Positions 24,254 through 28,948 of a stretch of 28,948 nucleotides of DNA are shown here, piece by piece. The DNA lies in the NCBI GenBank assembly GCA_023480925.1, contig JAMCWY010000012.1, forward strand, positions 1-28,948. The letters run 5' to 3'. The DNA is from Patescibacteria group bacterium (lineage in GTDB: Bacteria; Patescibacteriota; Minisyncoccia; UBA6257; HR35). The notes beneath the pieces are model-generated. The model had not been told where the DNA came from, did not search any database, and saw nothing but the letters and a program-made list of their open reading frames with translations. Both the position numbers and the translations under genes were made by a program. Position 1 is the stretch's first letter; every line of letters begins with the position of its first letter.

Positions 24254-25288
24254 TTAGGCCGTCTGAAAACTTCGCCAAATCGCCAAAAGAATAAAATCAG
24301 AGATTAGATAAGAACCGCCGTAACTTAAAAACGGCACAGGGACACCCATAATCGGGAAAAGACCGACGTCAACCGCGGTCATTAAAACAAACCTCAGACC
24401 AAATTGAACCACAAGCAAAAAGGCGAAAGATTTTGCCAAAGGATCGGCGACAAACCGAGACTCGACGTAGATGGTTCGAAGAAACAAAAAAACCAAAAAT
24501 AAGAAAAAGACGAATCCGACCAAACCCCACTCCTCGACAAAACTATCTAAAATAAAATCGGTTTGGCTTGAAGGCAAGAAACCAAGTCGCGCCTCAGTTC
24601 CGCCGCCCAAACCCCGGCCGAAAATTCCGGCCGAACCAATCGTAATTTTCAGTTGACGCAAATTATAACCGCTACCAAGGACATCCTTGTTGGACGAGAA
24701 TAAGGTTAAAACTCTTTCTTTTTGATAAGGTTTAAAAACAAAAAACCAGCCGATAATAAAAATTAAAATTAAGATCAGGCCCCAGCGGAAAAATTGTTTT
24801 TTACTCATAAAACCAATAACGCTAAAAAACCAAGTCAGAAAATAAATAAGAGCCGTGCCGAAATCCGGTTCAAGTAAAATAAGCAGAATCAGCGGCAGAA
24901 CCAAAATAAAACTCAAAAGGAGGTACCGATCTTGATTTAGCTTTGAAGAAAACTTCGCCAGAAAAACGCTCAGAATTAACAAAAGACCGATTCGGCCGAA
25001 TTCCGACGGCTGGAAAGAACCAAAGCCCCGATTCAAACCGGAACGAAAATGCGAGGGGAGAAAAAAGACGCCGACCAAAAGAATGATAACAATCGCCAAA
25101 ACGAGACCAAAGTAAGGCCGACGAAAAACATTTTTATAACTAATCCAATAAGAACTGAAAAAAATCAGCCAGCCGGCCAACCAAAAAATCAATTGGCGCT
25201 CGAATAAGGTTTGGCGACCAATCGAAAAAAGCGTAACCAAGCTAATCAACATAAAAAAAACCAATATCAAAGCGATCTTCATTGTCAA
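24254..25288 (-). CDS. SEDS-family protein (FtsW/RodA)
   Basis: QPSEFGRIGLLL, TDFILDSFVEEWG and GVPVPFLSYGGSYLI, with about 9-10 TM helices. Confidence 0.9.
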   Translation of the reverse strand: MTMKIALILVFFMLISLVTLFSIGRQTLFERQLIFWLAGWLIFFSSYWISYKNVFRRPYFGLVLAIVIILLVGVFFLPSHFRSGLNRGFGSFQPSEFGRIGLLLILSVFLAKFSSKLNQDRYLLLSFILVLPLILLILLEPDFGTALIYFLTWFFSVIGFMSKKQFFRWGLILILIFIIGWFFVFKPYQKERVLTLFSSNKDVLGSGYNLRQLKITIGSAGIFGRGLGGGTEARLGFLPSSQTDFILDSFVEEWGLVGFVFFLFLVFLFLRTIYVESRFVADPLAKSFAFLLVVQFGLRFVLMTAVDVGLFPIMGVPVPFLSYGGSYLISDFILLAIWRSFQTA

Positions 25289-26037
25289 TCGGTATAGAGA
25301 TTTGAATCGGGTTGAAAAATCAAATTAACCGGTTGACCGCTTAGGGGCGGTAAATTTAAAATACCTTGATACCGGCCGAGCGGTTGAAGTTGATCAAGAT
25401 AACTTTTGGCCGTGCCGATAATATTATTATTTTGATCCAAGATTAAAAAGTTTAAGTTGATTTTTTTATAAACAATCGATCCGCCATTACTAACTTCGAA
25501 AGACAAAGTTTTATTTTTAAACTGACTGTTTAAAAGATTGATCGCGACGTTCGAGTTGGCCGAGGCTAACGGCAACCAATCGGCCTGGTTGAAATTTAGG
25601 TTAAAACTAACTTTGGCGACGAAAAAATTTGGCTGTTTTAAATTACTTTCAATCACGTATTTTTGTTCACTCGGGAAGACATAACTTTGACCGGCAAAAA
25701 CTTCGGCCTGGTTCGGCTGATTGCCCTGAACCAAAAATTGGTAAGAAAAATTTTTGAGGCCGTGGCCCTGGTCTCGATCGCTGACTTGGGCGTATAAGTC
25801 CATCGTACCATCAGCGTAAAGAATGACGTTGGCCGATTCAATTTTAATCCGAGCCATCGCCGTCTGACAAGTTTGGCAACTACCGCTACAGCCGACGCCG
25901 GCGACTTGATTTCTCTGAGCTTGAGTTAAACATACTTTCGAACCGTTCCATTTAAAAGCGACCAGCCCGATTAAAGCAAAAAAGATTAAAAAGAAAACAA
26001 GTCCGTAAAAAAACTGTTTCCACCTTCGTTTTGACAT
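25285..26037 (-). CDS. Hypothetical bitopic protein (N-terminal TM, Cys cluster, beta-rich extracytoplasmic part)
   Basis: TM helix FFYGLVFFLIFFALIGLVAF, then C-x13-C-x3-C-x2-C, then repetitive beta-like sequence. 4-nt overlap with the SEDS gene. Confidence 0.6.
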   Translation of the reverse strand: MSKRRWKQFFYGLVFFLIFFALIGLVAFKWNGSKVCLTQAQRNQVAGVGCSGSCQTCQTAMARIKIESANVILYADGTMDLYAQVSDRDQGHGLKNFSYQFLVQGNQPNQAEVFAGQSYVFPSEQKYVIESNLKQPNFFVAKVSFNLNFNQADWLPLASANSNVAINLLNSQFKNKTLSFEVSNGGSIVYKKINLNFLILDQNNNIIGTAKSYLDQLQPLGRYQGILNLPPLSGQPVNLIFQPDSNLYTD

Positions 26038-26081
26038 CTTATTCTATTTTACCGCAACAATAGCCAATTTCAATCTTTCGA

Positions 26082-26393
26082 TTACTCCTTCGCCTCGTCC
26101 GTCGCTTCTTTTTTTAGATCGATCAATTTAATTTTATCCTCGAGAGATTTTTTTATTTTTTCTAAAACTTCAACTTCTTCCAACCTTTCTTTTTGAAATT
26201 TGTCTATCTCGTCCGCTTCAATCGCGGCCAAACTCAAACCCTCCTCGAAAAAGGCCATAATAATATCGTCTTGGACATCTTTGGGTAAATCGTTAAAGTG
26301 ATCAACTAGAAATTGCTTCGCTTCATTTTCATCGCCCTTTGATAAAAGTTCGACAAACTCTTGATAAAGATAAGAAAAACTTATATTAGTCAT
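26082..26393 (-). CDS. Small acidic helical hypothetical protein
   Basis: 103-aa ORF rich in Glu/Asp. 4-nt overlap with the upstream 370-aa ORF. Confidence 0.5.
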   Translation of the reverse strand: MTNISFSYLYQEFVELLSKGDENEAKQFLVDHFNDLPKDVQDDIIMAFFEEGLSLAAIEADEIDKFQKERLEEVEVLEKIKKSLEDKIKLIDLKKEATDEAKE

Positions 26394-27502
26394 TGGCTTT
26401 TTGCCTGACCGCCGTTCGGCTCGGCTGGAATCAAATCAAAACCGCTCGCCAACTTGGCCATGAACGCCTCGAGCAGTTTATACCAAAAACCCTTTTTCTT
26501 TATTTTTTTGTTTTTGTCGCCAAGATAGTTTTGGACAAATAAATTTTGGAGTTCGCCTTTCGCGACCAAATCATTTTTTTGAGCGCGGCCGACCAACTCT
26601 TTATCGTTAGAATCGCCGACAAATCGTTGCCAGGCGGCCTCAAGATCGCTTTGAGACAGATAAAGTTCTTTTGACTCTTTAAAACTCATTTCAGTTTCTC
26701 CTTCTTCTCGCTTTGATTTATCCTCGCCGCGCAAAAACGAAACCAACTCGCGCCTAACCTCGTCATTGTTGCCAATTGAAAGCGATAAAGAATCACCCAA
26801 ACTCAACATCGTCTTATCCGCCTCGGCCAATAACGCGACAATGTCATCGCGCCGGTCTAATTCTTCGGCCCGGCGGCTAATCTCTCGATTTTGAAACAAT
26901 CCCCCGAAAGACATTCGCTTTTTGATCAGGCCGCGGATTTGAATCAATCTCTTATTGGTATCGTCGATTTTTAAAACATCGCCCAAGTCACGATCGGAAA
27001 CACTATATTGAGCGCAAATTTTTTTGATCTCTTCGTCTTTTTCCGCTTCGGCTGACTTTTGCTCTTGAACCCGCTCAAACGAATTTATAATTTGATCGAA
27101 ATGATCTTTGTCTTCAATCGCCAGAAAATTTAACTTCTTCGCCACTGTCCGCTGAATACCATCTTGGCCGACAAGATGGTTAAGCGTTTGAAGATTGGGC
27201 GAGCGGGTGATGACGCCGTTTAAAACTCTGCTATCCAACATCTCGTTGACTTTTTTTGAATCGTCTAAAATCTTGACGAACTCGTTCCGGTAACCTTCAA
27301 GTTGTTTTAAATCTTCCGGCTTTAATTCGCCCTTAACTAATTTTTGACCCAAGTCATTTTCATTTTTTTTGTCCAAAAGCGTTCCAAATAATTCAGAGTT
27401 GTTTTTATCCGCCAAAATTTCGCGCAAATTTAAATTCGGGTCAGCGCTTGGTTCCAATTCTTTATTTTTATCCCATTCTTTTTTTATCCTCTCGATCGCC
27501 AT
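26390..27502 (-). CDS. Hypothetical soluble helical protein with C-terminal amphipathic helix
   Basis: 370 aa with no TM segment, charged and helical composition, and C-terminal KKKGFWYKLLEAFMAKLASGFDLI. Confidence 0.6.
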   Translation of the reverse strand: MAIERIKKEWDKNKELEPSADPNLNLREILADKNNSELFGTLLDKKNENDLGQKLVKGELKPEDLKQLEGYRNEFVKILDDSKKVNEMLDSRVLNGVITRSPNLQTLNHLVGQDGIQRTVAKKLNFLAIEDKDHFDQIINSFERVQEQKSAEAEKDEEIKKICAQYSVSDRDLGDVLKIDDTNKRLIQIRGLIKKRMSFGGLFQNREISRRAEELDRRDDIVALLAEADKTMLSLGDSLSLSIGNNDEVRRELVSFLRGEDKSKREEGETEMSFKESKELYLSQSDLEAAWQRFVGDSNDKELVGRAQKNDLVAKGELQNLFVQNYLGDKNKKIKKKGFWYKLLEAFMAKLASGFDLIPAEPNGGQAKSQ

Positions 27503-27608
27503 TACTACTTTATTTTAGCACAATTTAAACAAGTTTTTTATCTAACTCGCCCTTGAATTTTTGATTGAATAATTTTTTAACCAAAAACAAAAATCTTATC
27601 CAAAAAAT

Positions 27609-28841
27609 TTATTTTCTAACCGCGCCCCTGGCCGCCGCCTCTCCCTGTTCAATAATCCAAACCGGCAGGTAAAAAGCGAAAACCGCTGACCACATCAACA
27701 CGCTCGTGCCAAACAAATTCAAAATCGTCCCGCCATTATCTTTAGCCCACTTTTTAAACTTTTCGATCAAGCCTTTGGGTTCCGCGCTTAAATTACCTTC
27801 TAGAAATTCAATCAACTCTTTTCCCATTTTTCTAATTTTTTCTAACTCAGCCTGACTAGCTCCTCGCTTAAGACATCCTCTATATTGATCTTCAAACATA
27901 ATCAAAAGCAATTCGATCGAATTAACGATTTCAGGCGAATTTGAATATTGTTTTTTAATTTTTTTAACTAAATCTTTCGCCTCTGTTGATAATTTACCAA
28001 CTTCAAATTGAAGTTTAGTTATTGCCGCGCTAGAAACCAGCAATCGTTCGATTATATCTTTTAAATCTTCAGAACCAATTTCAAATCTATACTTATCGCC
28101 TTTTTCTACCAAGCCAATCTCTCCCGCCCTGCCTTTAACGCTAGCCGGCAATTGATTAAAAATTTCTTTATTAAAAACAAATTTAGTAGAATCTCCTTCT
28201 CCTAAATTATCAATAAAATTATTATACCCGCCTAAAATTACTTGGCTTTTTTCACTTCGGCCATATAACTGACCTTTCGGAAAAACTCCCGGCGGCCAAA
28301 AACGAAACCATCTGATACCTTTTTGACTAATCAAACGTTCAAAATCATCCCTTAAACTTTCGTCGCCAGTTTTTAAATAAAGATACGACTTAATTTCTTC
28401 TACGTTCTTCAATTCCAAAAATTGAGCTTCACTTTCCGGATAATTATTTTGTGACTCTATGATTATCTCTATGATTTTCTGCCGGCTTTCTTCTGATATC
28501 CCAGATATTTTCACGACCTCTTCCTCGACTATTCCATTAAATTCTTCCTGCGTCAATTTATTTTCATTCGCGTCAATTCTTCGTTTTATTCCAAAATAAA
28601 GTTTTTCTTTATTTTCTTTGTCAATAGATTTCAATTCATAAATAGCTCGATGCAATTCTAATAATTTTTTTATCTTTAATTCTCTTCGTGAATTTTCAAT
28701 CGAAGAAGATTCTTTTTCTTCTTTTTCTTCTTTTTCTTCTTTTTCTTCTTTTGTTCCTTTTATTTCCTCCACTTGGTTTGTCTCTTCCTCTTCGTTTTTT
28801 TCTTTTGGCGGTTGTTCTCTTCTTGGTGGTTGTTCGGTCAT
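27609..28841 (-). CDS. Hypothetical tail-anchored protein with Glu/Lys-repeat N-terminus
   Basis: 410 aa with N-terminal (EEK)n low complexity and one C-terminal TM segment ILNLFGTSVLMWSAVFAFYLPVWII. Confidence 0.6.
   Translation of the reverse strand: MTEQPPRREQPPKEKNEEEETNQVEEIKGTKEEKEEKEEKEEKESSSIENSRRELKIKKLLELHRAIYELKSIDKENKEKLYFGIKRRIDANENKLTQEEFNGIVEEEVVKISGISEESRQKIIEIIIESQNNYPESEAQFLELKNVEEIKSYLYLKTGDESLRDDFERLISQKGIRWFRFWPPGVFPKGQLYGRSEKSQVILGGYNNFIDNLGEGDSTKFVFNKEIFNQLPASVKGRAGEIGLVEKGDKYRFEIGSEDLKDIIERLLVSSAAITKLQFEVGKLSTEAKDLVKKIKKQYSNSPEIVNSIELLLIMFEDQYRGCLKRGASQAELEKIRKMGKELIEFLEGNLSAEPKGLIEKFKKWAKDNGGTILNLFGTSVLMWSAVFAFYLPVWIIEQGEAAARGAVRK
28711..28755. repeat. Tandem 9-bp repeat tctttttct x4 plus one imperfect copy (encodes EEK repeats on the minus strand)
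   Basis: Direct reading of 28711-28746 gives four perfect units. 28747-28755 is tcttttgtt. Confidence 0.85.
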
Positions 28842-28911
28842 TTTTTAATTAATTAATTTTAATTAAATTCTAAAATAATTATAGCATCTGATTAGTCCAA
28901 ACTTTAAATAT

Positions 28912-28920
28912 ATTATACCA
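28912..28920 (-). promoter_or_regulatory. Extended -10 element TGGTATAAT upstream of the 410-aa gene
   Basis: Minus strand reads ttatggtataatata about 70 nt upstream of ATG 28841. The same 12-mer occurs at 18306-18317. Confidence 0.3.
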
Positions 28921-28948
28921 TAAAAGAAAATAGCCGCCAAAAGAAAAA

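Noticed and set aside
1-28948. CRISPR arrays, IS elements, toxin-antitoxin pairs and classical defence genes
   Set aside because: There are no regularly spaced direct repeats, no terminal inverted repeats flanking a transposase-like ORF, and no recognisable cas, restriction or abortive-infection motifs in any ORF.

Overview
Gene-dense, AT-rich bacterial chromosome segment that reads with the standard code: TGA and TAA both terminate well-defined genes. I count about 30 CDS and 2 tRNAs (Leu-GAG, Gln-UUG). I saw no rRNA, CRISPR array, transposase or integrase. Several traits suggest a reduced Patescibacteria/CPR-like genome (inference only): ComEC split into two ORFs, a gamma-length DnaX, an AspRS lacking the GAD insertion, a small 2-TM CPR-type protein, almost no Shine-Dalgarno sequences, and many 1-11 nt gene overlaps. 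The housekeeping blocks are comEC-aspS-tRNA-Leu; MFS-sodA-nfo; a long minus-strand operon (18232 down to 9716) ending efp-dnaG-rpoD-dnaX; a divergent trpS/argS pair; and envelope genes (PAP2, flippase, GT4, SEDS). Three things stand out. (i) Three genes head the efp-dnaG-rpoD-dnaX operon: a sigma-region-4 plus HARE-HTH-like protein, a 430-aa membrane-anchored unknown, and a TM-less TraD/VirD4-like ATPase with a C-terminal zinc ribbon. Together they are a candidate undescribed chromosomal translocation module. (ii) Four unknown genes (25285-28841) run directly into the SEDS (FtsW/RodA) gene. (iii) Two compositionally odd patches sit next to the two tRNAs. One holds a NUDIX pseudogene with three clustered stops, a near-leaderless zinc-ribbon ORF and a GC-rich non-coding stretch. 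The other holds an 86-aa ORF with a strong SD. All family assignments are motif recognition by eye; no searches were run.
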